Assembly (NCBI GenBank): GCA_964304625.1
Contig: OZ199838.1
Coordinates: forward strand, 16,083,731 to 16,147,730
Source of the DNA: Kudoa neothunni
Lineage: Eukaryota; Animalia; Cnidaria
Direction: 5' to 3'
DNA length: 64,000 bases
Shown: positions 12,363 through 25,264 of the stretch, in pieces
Layout: each line of letters begins with the position of its first letter
Numbering within the stretch: the stretch's first letter is position 1
The notes under the pieces: generated by a model
Told to the model about the DNA's origin: nothing
What the model saw: only the letters and a program-made list of their open reading frames with translations
Database searches by the model: none
Translations under genes and position numbers: made by a program

Positions 12363-15045
12363 GGTAATTATAAAGCCTGTGACTCCAGAAAATTCCCTAT
12401 TTCCGCGCGTTTTTTTCCGATTATATTTATCAATGAAAAATATTATCGAGAGCAAAGATTCAGTTCATGAAATTAGTTTCGAAATTTTGATTCGGGATAA
12501 ATCGTCGCCACGCGTAATCTATCTTATGTTTACGAAATATTGAGAATTCCTTTATTTATTGCATATATCAATTTAGTTACCTTATCAGATAATCTAAAAT
12601 GTTTTTTATGTAATAAATAGCACAAAATAAACGTATTTAGGTGTAAAATAAGGCATCGCTTATGTTCAATAAAATAACCTATTTTATTTCTTGCTCTTTG
12701 AGTAAAAGCATTATATTCATTTAAGAAATAGATTTTAAATAGATTTTTTAGTTTATTTATTATTTTCGTATTATTTCAAATATCATAACAAATATAACAA
12801 TAAATTTCTTAAATTATTTCAACAAAAATCTTAATATTTTAGCTATATTTTATATTGAATTCATAAAAATAGTTTCCGTTATTGCGAAATAAAAATATTT
12901 AACTATTGTTTATTTCATAAATCAATGTTGAGAGGTTTAAACTAACACAACAAATTTTAGATGTAAAATAGTCACAGATACTAAAACACTTCATTAATGA
13001 TTCGAACCCATCTTCACTTGTTTATTATATTTAAAGAATTTTTTCTTAACACACAGATTTTAAATCTTAAAATCCTTTGAAATAAATTATTAAGCATATT
13101 TTAATATAATTTTGAACAAGTGAATCGTAAAAATGATTTTTGGCATTATAAATATGATAAGCAATGTCCTAATACTGTAATTAATTGACAACGTTTCGCA
13201 ACTATATTTAAGCACATTATGAAATTAAAAAAAAAAAGAATTTTCGAATTTTAACTGTTGTAATAACATTATCTTTTAAAAATTTTGTTACTGGATTTGC
13301 AGTATTTACATGGTAATCTATATATGGATTTAGAATAATCTTCTTATAATTATTACATAGTGATTTCAAATTTTTTAAACTTTAAAGCGATGAATTAAGA
13401 CATCCTTGATGCTCGTTGAAGCAAAAAATCCAAATGAGTAAACTAATGAAACATTCTAATTTTTGTTAGAGTATAATTTAATAGAGTTATTTATGAGTCT
13501 ATGAATGATCGAAACCATCCTTCAATTAGGTACTCAGGTAGATTTTCAAAGGAAACTCCTCTTTTAATTCGGAGAAATTGCGTTTTTATCCCCCCCCCCC
13601 CCAACACGCTTCAATTGTGTTTGTGTGGGCACAGTTACTGTAAAACTCCTTAGAGTGGTTCACTCGAATATAGTCATATCCGATGGAACTTATACCATTG
13701 TAGGCGCCCATTCATTGCTATAAATTTGTGAGCCTTTTATCACTTAGGTTTTAATAATAGGCAGGAGAGTGTTGGCTTCTCGCCGCTTTACAAAAAAGTA
13801 TCTGACTTCTTCAAGGATTCTGACACCGTGGTCGTCAAGTTTACGTAAGCATAGCCCAAATATCCATGGCCCATCAATACGGTTTCCATACTTTTTCTCT
13901 CTAATTTCCGTTGTACATTCATAAAACAAATGAAAGAATCATCTGTAAACTCGCGTTCAGAAGATAAATATTCACTCCCACTTATTTCATCGGTATCTAT
14001 AAATTTTTTGTTAAATAAAATAAATACATAACATGCATATTTGGAGACAAAATTTCTCTATTGAGTGACGTTTTCCACACGTCACCCTTTAGATATCTTC
14101 CAACGTTATTTTTCCTTTTCCCGCGTAGAAGCCATTCATCAATTTCTACGACGTAGCCTTTTCCTCCGAATCTTTGCCTTTCTTCGTAAGAAGAGTGACA
14201 TAAACCGCGAATTTTTTATACCAGCCGGAAGAAGTTGACCAACTTACTCCAGACATTTCAGCGGATTCCGATATGGTGAAATCCATTGACCTATTATATA
14301 GAATTTTAAGAATTTTTTTTAATGTTAAATTTTGGGATGGACCAACTATTCCCATATTCCCGTTGTTAAAAAAAGGTTCCCATTCTAGGAGAAATATTAA
14401 TTTTACACCTAGATATAATTAAATGTATTTACATGAAATATATTAGCATACTTTTTACAGATAAAATTATAGGAAAAATCCATCATATTTCTATCATATT
14501 AAATTTTGTTGGATTAATGATCTCAAAACGTTTAGTTTGCGTTTGATTATTGTAAACATGTCATAATTCTAACAGTTTTTACATCTGTTGGGTGCATTTC
14601 TGAGATCAATTTGGTTAACAAGGTTTTTAATAATTCATCACAATTATTTATTAATAAATAAAAATCATCATCTCACCTAAAAACCAAAAACTCCATTGCC
14701 GATTGCCGATTGTGGATTGTAGAGTATGCACCATGACATAATTTCCCGCGATACATTTAGTCAAGTTAGGAAATAAACTAAAATATTACGAATAATTTTA
14801 AACCACGAATGAGCCATAATGTTTGCAAAAAACGCCAAATTTCAATCCATGTTGTAAACATAAGATGGATTACATACAGCGACGATTTATCCCTAATCAA
14901 AATTAGGTCAAAATTAGGTCAAAATTTGATCAAAATTTAGAAATTAATTTCATGAGTTGAATCTTTGCTCTCGATACTACTTTTAATTGATAAATGTAAT
15001 CGTGAAAATGGGAGATTTTCTGGAGTCACAGGCCTTATAATTATC
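12363..15045 (-). mobile_element. Merlin (IS1595/IS1016-like) DNA transposon with a decayed transposase (about 14696 down to 13400)
   Basis: Inverted repeats of roughly 180-200 bp starting GGTAATTATAAAGCCTGTGACTCCAGAAAA. Flanking 8-mers TGTTTTTT / CGTTTTTT act as a TSD with 1 mismatch. Minus-strand motifs VVEIDEWLLRGKRK, GPWIFGL, VKRREANTLLPII, GSQIYS, VNHSKEF and HTNTIEACW. Confidence 0.88.
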
Positions 15046-16628
15046 CGTTTTTTGGCCACAATTTTCGTATTATGGGGGGCTTTAAAAATTATTTCAATGT
15101 ATAATTGTAACTTCCCCTTGGTGAATTTCATGGCCGACATTTTAATTTGAAATAAAGATTTGTTCCAAGTATAAAATTATCCACTAGAAGATTTTTCGTG
15201 ATGAAATCAATAGCAACTAAATTCCATTTTTTATAAATTTGCAATAACTTCCACCCTTGGAAACATTTTTTTTCGATTATTGAGTCTTTCGAAGACAAGA
15301 GCGAAAATCGAACACAGTTGGCAACGCTATTTGCAATAGTCCCTCTCGGCGAATTAAATTTATATTAACTGATAAATTCCGATAAATAATCGTATAGAAA
15401 TGTCATGAAAATATTTTTGAGAAAAAAAAATTCTTATATTAACCTACTCTCAGTTTATCAATATCTTTTAATTTTGAAGGGAAATATCGCAATTTTGGAA
15501 ACGTAGGCTTACAAAAGCTTACGTAACCCCCGAGAATCTCCGAATAATATGACATTAAAATTCATTATAAAGGTATCACGTATTAAACTCATGGTTGAAA
15601 GTGTTTTATTGATTTGATTGTCACCGATTTTATTTTTTACTAAATAAATAATAAGACTAATTTATAAATTAAAATATTTTCTCGTTGTTAGAGATTAAGC
15701 TAAATCTCATTAGATATATTTTTAACGTTACTATCTAATATTTTATTTTTCTCAAATAACGAATAAATTTCATTAATTATCCGATTAGAAAAGAACGACG
15801 AAACTTCCTTAAACTGAATTTGTCTAATCAGTAATTCTGCAAGCTTGTGATGTCTTTACATCCGCAAAATTAACCGTTAAAAGAAAGTCTATTAGTTTAT
15901 TAACAATTTTTATGCCCACTAATTCATAACTTTATTCGCGTATAAAATTGAAAATATAGATTTTATCATTTACTGAATCCAATTATTATTAACCGGGCAA
16001 AAGGTGTTAGTCTGAGCATACACGTCGATATTTCTACGTTTGATCAATAAATATCGGTCTCTCCTAGAAACAAATATAAAATTAGCATATTCACATCTAT
16101 GTTTAACAATCAACTTGTCTACTATTAAATCTTACATCTCCATTGTATCGAACTACTCAAAGGTTTGGTTATCAGTAAAAGTTATTGTATAATGTAGGTT
16201 ATCTGTGAAAGTGGGAGGTTTTTTATTGAAATTCCACCAGAAAATCTTAAGACTGAACATGTAAATTTTACAATTATTACATTAAAAAAGTCAAGTTATA
16301 TTAAAATACAGGATCTATTCACTTAAATATTTTATTAGTTTTAGCGGATTTAATTGTATTAATTTACAATGATAATCAATTATTAAAAAGGAATTATAAT
16401 TAAAATATTTTAAATAGAATACAATTAGCTTTATTCTGATTGCTTGATGGGTTAAAATATTTTACGATAAATGACGGTGGTTTCTTAAAACCATTAAAAA
16501 TAATCTTACAATCTACAAAATTTATTCTTCAGAGAAATAATAATAGTACAAAGATTATTAATTTTCAACTTATAATCGGAGATTCCTCTTTATTATTCAA
16601 TATAATATAACGACAAGTTAATCCTAAA

Positions 16629-17689
16629 ATGAATATCTGTTGCTGGATTCTTTATGGCATTACTATTGTTTCGGCTACTAAAGCAAATGTGATTGGTTCA
16701 AGTAAGTTTATAGAATTCTGTGCACGATAAAATCTATTTTCTAAATATAAAATGAGTTTTATGTTGAGCAGGAAAACGATCGATGGCCCAATAGTTCAAT
16801 CTACGTAACGTAACAATGGGCTATAAAAATGATAAATTAGTAATTCTGCACACATTAAAATTACACGGTGCATTATAAACATGAATCGTTAGTGGATTGA
16901 AAAATCTTAATTTTTAATTATTTCCCACGTTTAATTCGCTTTAAAATTTTTTAAAAATTTTCTATATAATCAACTTGTCTGAATTTGTTTAACGCATTTT
17001 TAATAGATATGAATGAACCGCTAAAATTTCGAGAAGTCAATATCCAATCTGTTGACAACATACCGGCTACAAAACTACTACTAGCACAACTATCTGAGGG
17101 AAATGGAATAGATTCGTTGAGAAGAGAGAGAGAATTATTAGAAGATGATAATGAAAATAATCATGTTCAAAATGACGCCAAGAGCATATTTCCTGTATCC
17201 GACGACTGTCCCAAGAGACATTTGAAAACTGGGGAATCTTCTGCTGCTAGACTCTTGTCAATGTTAGAGAACCTAGCGGTGAAATACATTCCCCTCAGAA
17301 ATAAACATATACCACCCGTTCCGTATTTCAAACAAAGGAAAAGAGTTGGTTTCGTGATTTCACATAGGCGTACATAAAATTGATATTATTTCCTCGTTAA
17401 TCCCACAATAGATATGTTGCAAGCTAGAATTAAAAGCAGAACCATTGACAGTGATGATGATGATGATCCAGCTGACGAAGTAAACGGCCGTGGCGGCAGT
17501 CCAGCCAAACCAAGTGGTTGGCAAGGTCAGATGTACCTCGAAAATATTTTTCCAGTATACTTCGGACTAGTGGTTATAGGCACTTTGGCAGTAGTCATAT
17601 GGGTTTACTTAAGAATGGAGCGAGTACGCCAGGTTATCGAAGCTATGCCACAGTATAAATTGAACAAAAAATCTCTTCTAGCCTTATAA
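16629..17689 (+). CDS. Orphan type I membrane protein (signal peptide, ectodomain, C-terminal TM helix); probably 3 exons
   Basis: Exon 1 MNICCWILYGITIVSATKANVIGS ends at a GTAAGT donor (phase 1) compatible with the acceptor at 17006 (ORF 16985-17377). A short intron then leads to ORF 17414-17689, which has the TM segment IFPVYFGLVVIGTLAVVIWVYL followed by basic residues. No family recognised. Confidence 0.6.
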
Positions 17690-18936
17690 AACATCATCTG
17701 TCAGTTTTTCTTTTTTTTTAAACGGAGTTTGTATAAACCATGATTTTTTGTAAGAAATTTCCTGACATATTAGTGTTAGTACCAAAAATAAGTCCTATTT
17801 GAGTTAAATTATTCCCTAAAAATATTTCTGCCGATTATATTATTCTTAATAAATTGGTACGACATACCTATTTAAAAATATGATAAAGAGTAAATCATGA
17901 ATATAAAATTCAAATATATAAAACGTACATTCTTCTACAAAATTATTTCTTGTGTGTAGTTTTTTGTCATATAATTATTTTTAGGTTATTTTCAGAATCT
18001 TACAGGTGATTTCTTTGTATCGAATGAGGTATATTCATAAGAAATAAAATATCTGTGTAAGGAACAGATAATAAGTCGAATACATCTATCCACATGCGTA
18101 TAGATATATATTGGAAGTTAGCTATTGGCATGGTGATACAGTTTAAGGCAGTAGTGGTTATTGCAACGGATCCGTTTAATCCAGGGGTCAGAAACCCGAT
18201 TAGGTTGCTGCGTCTGATAGTTATGTTAAACTAGAAGACGTGTCATAATATATAAATCTTTTAGATGTGATGAATTTTTCACAATACAGTTGAAAATCAG
18301 CTTGATATTATTATATTTTGATCTTTAAAAAAATACATTTTCATTGCATTGCTAGAAAAAAATGACGAACGCTTGACATATTTTTAGGAAGGATAGTTAA
18401 TTTGATAGAATTATCCTTTCGAAATTGACCTATTTTATTTATATTTAATATTCTATATAATTAAGTGAAAGTTCAATATCGTTCAAAACCACAATTAAAA
18501 CCCTATTCGGAGAGCTCATAAAATGCATAAGTCTATACAAACCAACATGTTAATGTCTGCAGAGAATTCCAGCGAATTCATCCTTAGTTCAATAGTTGTT
18601 ATGAATAGAATTAAAGTTATATTAACGATAATCAAAAACAAAATAATGAGCCGACTGAAGGAAGAAATGGAAATAATATAAGTATAAGCGTGTCAATTAA
18701 ACATTAGGTGTCAAGCTAAATGCAAATCAAAAGACAGGAGTGAATGAAATTTCTGAAGTATCCTCAACCAAGTTACTAACGTACAAACGACTCGTTTATA
18801 AGACTTGTATAAAATGAAAGATGACAAACAGTTAGATGAGCTCGAAATCGACGATAGTTTCAAAAGTTGAATAATCATATAGAATTTCCTCATTAATTTT
18901 ATAAGGATTTAATATTTTTCTCGAAAAAAAGAACAG

Positions 18937-18990
18937 CAGGGCGACCTTTTCTGGTATTCTGGTATTCTGGTATTCTGATATTCTGATCTA
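18937..18990 (+). repeat. Possible hAT-like terminus (CAGGGCGACC) followed by 8-bp tandem repeats TTCTG(G/A)TA
   Basis: About five copies of the 8-mer directly follow a CAGGG start. No partner end was identified. Confidence 0.35.
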
Positions 18991-20164
18991 ACGGTCCTTA
19001 GGTTACCTAAAAAGCGTAGAGAATAGAGAAGCACCTTAATCCCATAAAGTATACAAACAATATCATATTATATAAAGTAAATATCCAAAAAAATATATCC
19101 ACCATATAATAATTTATTTATCATTTTTATAGAATAGGAAAACAAGTTAAAAGCATAATTATTTGGACGTAAAAACTGTAATATCCACTTTTATAATAAA
19201 ATTAACCGATGAAAATTTTATTGCATGTTTTTTGCCAACATTTGATTAAAATTTACAATAAAATGGACAGACACAAAATAGAACGCATTGGGGTCTTTTT
19301 AGTATGCGCGCTAACTTTTAGTAAGAGCACCGTTTCTCATAGTTTCTTGTAAAAATTACCTAACATATAATCAGTTTTATATAAAAACAAATATAAATTA
19401 TTTTATACATTCACAACTCAATTCATCTATTGTTGGTTTATTCAGATTCCGAAGTAAAAACTCCATTAATTTATTTTATTTTGAGAATATATTTACTAAT
19501 AGTTCACTTATTAAATCCAAAGTTTGACACAAGCGTTATTTTAGTAAATATTCCCATCCGTTGCAATAGTCAGTGCCTATTACTTATCATACAAATAACC
19601 ACTTTCCTTCGTATATTCTCAGTATAAAAGCAGGGGGTGGGTAAACTATTGTTTCCACGAATCAAGTGTAGATAATGTGTTTAGACAAGGGACTACAACA
19701 TTCAAAAATAGCCTTTATACCAACACTAGAACGCAAAAAGAACCAATAATTTTTAATTTTAAATAAATTCATTTCAAATAGAATAAAAGAAAATGTTTTT
19801 TGCGGGATGAGAATAAAATACATAATGAATATTGAGCAATATAGAATTTTTCTGAAGCTCGTTACGTAAGAGCTCACAGGCTGTAGTTATAGTTAGCACA
19901 ATCATGTATAAAAAATATGATGAAAATATTAAAAAAAAGTATACTAAACAATACACAAATTAAGAAATTCTATAATTGGCCGTATATAAAATATTCTCCT
20001 AATTTTGTTATAATGTAGCTGTTAGATGTTGTTATGCTATTTCATTAAATTTGGAGCAGTTCAACGCAAAAAATATAATCGACCCCAAAAAATATAAAAG
20101 CTACTTAATTAAGATCTTTTTACCGAAAAATAAATACTACACATAAAATTGGGTAATTTGTTGA

Positions 20165-21725
20165 CTAGGGGGAAAACTGTACCACAGCATACGATCCAGA
20201 ATACATCCAATCGGAGGGTAAACTGGATATAACATTTTTGGTTGCAGTGGCAACGCCTGGAGTGGTGCAACTTTTCAGCGTTCTCAACGCAGCGATGGGA
20301 GAAGGTTTGAAATTTTCCAATGCTATCGAAAAAGGTGCATCATTGGGCCATTTTAGGTCGTTAACAAGTTTTCTATAATTGAGATCTCCTTTGAATATAC
20401 ACAGATCACCAGAGGCAAGCAACTTATACAAATCAGGAGCTTGAACGGTCATTGCAGAAAAATTCCATGGCCCAACCCAAAACAAATGATCATTCAGCAC
20501 AATGGTTTCGTTTTTTATCCACGACATAAAGTCTGAGTAGAATTGTGGTTCGGTGGTTTCGAATTGTTTTAATAGATAGAAAAAATCCTCCCTATTAACA
20601 TCTGATACAAACCATGGAATTTTCTAAAAAAGTAATCCTATTCAGACTAGATCGACAACGTATCGTAACCAACTTTTAAATGAATGTATGTTTTGGCGGC
20701 AAGACCACATTTCAGCATAAAATATATCAAACACAGATCGGACGCAAGTTCCATCCCCGAATTATCAAGAATATAATTCACAGTGAGATTGCCTTTGAGA
20801 ATGTGGGCTATAATTTGGTCGAAATGATCACACAATATGAATTCTTCTTTCAGGTGGGTCAGCTCATTGGCAGTTTTTATTGTTAGATGATGAGACAAAG
20901 CCTCCCCAGATGACAAAGACATATCATATTTATTGCCCCACAACGCAAGCTACATTATTATACATTATGAATAGATCAGCAAACAACCAAATGTGATTAC
21001 CTGGAGCAGTAAATGTAAATGGGTTGTTAGAAATTCGTTTTTACACGTAAATGGTTGATAATTACCTTTGCGGAAATTTTCCACGGTATCCATCACATTT
21101 CTTACCGCACTCTGTATGGATTCTTCGCAATGTAGGTACATATCTTTTTTCTGTTTTGAGAAATAGTCCAACTCTTTGTGAAATTGGCTTCACATCCAAC
21201 AACAACAACAACAACATCAACAATACCAATCAAACCACAACATCTTTTTAATACCTTAATTGAAAACATTCGAACAATTTCCTGTAAAAATAGCATTCGG
21301 TGGGCAACCATGGCAGATTTAACCACGTAGCTTTATCGTCACTAGGGTTACATGACTTCAATGTACGAATATAGGCGTTGTATTGATCAAAATCCCCAAA
21401 CAAATCCTTCAATGGAAGGCCAAGTGTGGAATTTTTGCACAAACTGTGTTTCAATTCAACCACACGACCAAGGATCATTTTCAAATCATCCAAATTCTAT
21501 AATATGAATCGTTTGAAACATTCCACTCAAACTCAAACTGTTAAATATAAACTTCATTCGATGAATAGATTGTTTCATTGAGGAAATCAATCACTTTGAT
21601 TACAATATTTGGCAGTCTTTGACGAAATGTGTAAGAGCCAAACGAGCTAAGAGGTAAGGTGTTATAAATCTGATTTAACTCGATTACTCTTTAATAAAAC
21701 AGCTCAATTGTGGATATGGTGACAT
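20165..21725 (-). CDS. ARMT1: ARMT1/DUF89 damage-control phosphatase (multi-exon)
   Basis: MSPYPQLS..SFGSYTFRQRLPNIVIKVID, TWLNLPWLPTECYFYRKL, DYFSKQK, LWGNKYDMSLSSG, YILDNSGMELASDL, KIPWFVSDV, IFKGDLNYRKLVND, ALRTLKS and WMYSGSYAVVQF. Confidence 0.93.
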
Positions 21726-21862
21726 TTAGGCAAAAAAAGGCGATCTTATCCGAAATAAAGCGATTTACAAAAATAAATTTTTTTATCAAGTTCAATTTTT
21801 CCATTGGACATCAAAGCAACTCAGCTTTGATATATGGAGTGTGGTAAAATTTCAATAGAGTT
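21726..21862. promoter_or_regulatory. Short head-to-head (probably bidirectional) promoter between ARMT1 and the EF-hand gene
   Basis: Divergent ATGs at 21725 (-) and about 21863 (+). The second start is tentative. Confidence 0.4.
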
Positions 21863-22796
21863 ATGAGCGTAGATTCATGTAAATCTGGTTTGGTTAGTAT
21901 GGTAATATTATGGTTGTTGTATTTTTAGTCCAAGCTGAGCATGAACAACGAAAATATGAAGGTGATTTTCCTCATTCGATAATGAAGAGAAATAGTTTTT
22001 ATGGGATTATATTAGTTTAATCCACTATATGTTATAAAAATGGGTGCCATGAAATTTCTATTAATCAAATGATAATGCGAATGATCATTTTATTAATAGA
22101 AAAAATATCTACAATTATTCGGTTGAATTCTAATACAAGAATTATAAAAAACTTGACTAAATTTTATGATATAATTAATCCCATATTAGATCAAACGATG
22201 TGGTTTTTTAATCTGATAATCCTTAGTGTACAGAGACATATATTCATACATGTCAAAAGGAAACAAAATATTAAAACCATCTCAAATAGCCATTGGACTT
22301 CGTGAATTTGGTATATACGTCACCCCACTGCTAATCGAACAAGCGATACTTTGTCTTGATATTGACAGTAATTGAAATAATCCGCGCGCTTTCCCCATAT
22401 AAATTATATTATATTAAATCGAATCACTTTAGGAGATGAAATAGATTTTTGGGCATTCTTTCTTATTATGGAAACTCAATATTGCCCAAACGACACATGG
22501 AAAATAGAACTAACTACCGCCTTCAACTACTTTGATCCACATGGATTCGGTCGCATCTCTACAGACCTACTTAAAGACACTCTAATCGAATATTTCCAAG
22601 ACACCATTCCGCCGTCCGAACTCGAAAATCTGCTCAAATACATTAAGGCTGATCAAGAAGAATCTCAAATTTATCTTGATGGTAATATTGAGATGTATGT
22701 TCTATCTGTTGATAAATAAATATAGATTTTATGGAATTGATCGGAATTAGTGACGAACCTGAACTATTCGGTGAGAGAGTACTACGAAATTTCTAG
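21863..22796 (+). CDS. Divergent calmodulin/centrin/myosin-light-chain-like EF-hand protein (5' exons uncertain)
   Basis: Spliced reading ..ILKPSQIAIGLREFGIYVTPLLIEQAILCLDID|RDEIDFWAFFLIMETQ..ELTTAFNYFDPHGFGRISTDLLKDTLIEYFQDTIPPSELENLLK..IYLD|DFMELIG..* follows four-EF-hand spacing. Confidence 0.65.
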
Positions 22797-25264
22797 ATTC
22801 CCCAATCTGATGTAATACCAGGACTATTTTAAACTATATATGCATATATGTATTTTTTAATACGTGTATCCGAAACTACACAATCGATATTTTATACGAA
22901 TTTTAGTGCCAAATACGCTCAGTTATGTTTTATTTAAGAAATTAAATCGTAATATTTTTTAATGATCAGAAATTTTAAGAAATATTTGAAACAATTAAAA
23001 AATTAATTTATTTCATATTATATCTCACTAAAATTCTAATCTGTGTAGATATTTATGATAATATTTTTAATTAATTTTATATCTTCTAATTATTATTGGA
23101 AGAATTCCAACTAAATCATCCGAATTTATATTAACCATAATCTTTCTAGTACCCAAAATGTGAGTGCTCATAGATTTTGGTTTATTTGATCTTACGTGGA
23201 AAAATTATTTTAGATCAGCCATATACATTTGTACCGAATCAAATATTATAAAGGATTATATAATTTAAGTAAATTATAAAACCTTTCTGTTGTTATATTG
23301 AAGTATACTTGAACTCGGGAATCAATAATATCAATAGAGAGAATATATATACTGTAAGATATTAAGATATAAAAAACTAAATATTTTTGTTTTTGTGGTG
23401 TACGGCATATTTCTCCACCAAAACAAACTCTTAATTTTACTCGACTTTCAAGGTAATTAAATCTAATTATTTTTATATCCAAAACGAAAGTCAAATTTAA
23501 TCTTTGGGATAAAATCAATAGTTAATTAATATAAAGCTTTTACATTTTTTCAAATTTCCTTCGAATTTAATATATCTAATTGATTGCTTGAAAAATATTA
23601 AATCAAACATTAAATTGCTTAGATGCGATTTATATGTTCCTTAAATTTTTTATCGAATAAATATTAACCGTTAGGGGGACGGATGGATTATTCTTGGAAC
23701 CCCAATTATTTTATTTTTCGAAATTTCTATCTTTTCCTTTTTATTTTCTCCGTAATTTTCCATTTAATCTTTTAATATCAATTAAAGTAACTAAAATATT
23801 TTTCCTTGGGGATATTAAATAATAGACTACTTTTTCATACCCGAACCAATAATATTTAGGGTTTAAAGGCCTTTGAATCTCTTATATTTATTATTTATTT
23901 AATTTTAAACGAAAAATTAATTTTTGAAAGTATAGGTCGATTAATATTTAATTTTGTTCCATCCCAGTTTGTCTTTTTATATCAATCATGATTTTTACCA
24001 TCGAATAAAAATTATAACTGAAAAGGTAGTTGATTGAAGGGAAGGAAATATTCCTACGATTTAATACCATGATAGCACAATGAGATTAACAAAAATTATA
24101 GTGTATCTTTGTTGTTCCCCTTTCACATGACAAGTTAACATGAAAATCAACCTTGATTTTTTAATAATTAGTTAATAGCTTTATACAAACATAACCTATA
24201 TTTTTGAGGAATTTCGTGTTTATGCTCGCTTTTTTCCTTAAAAGTGATGACTACGAATCGCCTGTATTTTTTCCTAGCTGGTTAAATATTTTTACTTGCT
24301 GGGCGGTTATTTTGATTTTAGATTAAGTAATAACCACTTAAAACAAATCTTTTATCTCTATGAGCGAATTAAGTTGAAAAACCTCTGGGATACCTTAGGT
24401 CCCCCTTAGGCATACGCGTAAGTTTTTCGAGTTAGCCTACTTTAGTTGTAATTACTTCTATATTCCTGCCTTTTTAATATCTTAACTAAAAGCTCTCTTA
24501 TATCTGCGTCTTTCACAAAGATTAATATGTATAGTGAGTTTTCGTTAGACAATTTAGAACCAAAAAATTCTAATCAATACCAACAAATAGTTTATCTACT
24601 CTATATTATTTCTAATGTAAATGAGTTCCATAGCTAGATGAAATTCAGCAATTTGTCGAAAAAGTATGTAACGTTCATAATATATAATAATATATTATAA
24701 TCTATTAGAGTGCTTATACGTTTAATATTTAAAATAATTTAAATTCAATTTAATTATTTAAAGTTCGCTGTTTTATGGTTGGCTAATCCCCCTGAAAAGA
24801 CATTTGGATCGCATATTAAAACATCAACGTATACCATTTTGTTGGTTCTCTTCAGTTCTGCTTTTCCAGAATCGATCAAAATTGAATAAAAAAATCCTAT
24901 TACGATAATTGAGCACTATTTTGGTCTTTTCTAGTGCGCACACGCTCAGAATTTACGATGAGGTGTTGGCTAAATGTGTCTGAAGTGTATTTAAAAATAT
25001 CGACATGTATTAGATAATTATGCATTTAAAAATTCACAAATACTTCTCCAGACATGCGTCAGATATATGTGAAATAATCATTTTAACACTGTATAAAAAT
25101 AAGAACAATTTGTTTTATGAATTTAAAAATAAAGTTGAGACAAGCTAGCGCACCATTTTTATTCAATAAAATACATCAGTTGAATTATAGAGTGCACACA
25201 TCAACTCAAGAAAAATAACTCTACATCCAAACAAACAACAAATAATGCTCGCAAAGCAAATAAA

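Noticed and set aside
12346-15140. Two similar small ORFs on opposite strands (12346-12543 + and 14937-15140 -) suggesting a duplicated gene pair
   Set aside because: They are chance translations of the two Merlin terminal inverted repeats.
23664-24410. Possible element bounded by TTAACCGTTAGGGGGAC and GTCCCCCTTAGG
   Set aside because: The inverted match is too short, the right end has no TTAA, and no coding remnant is visible.
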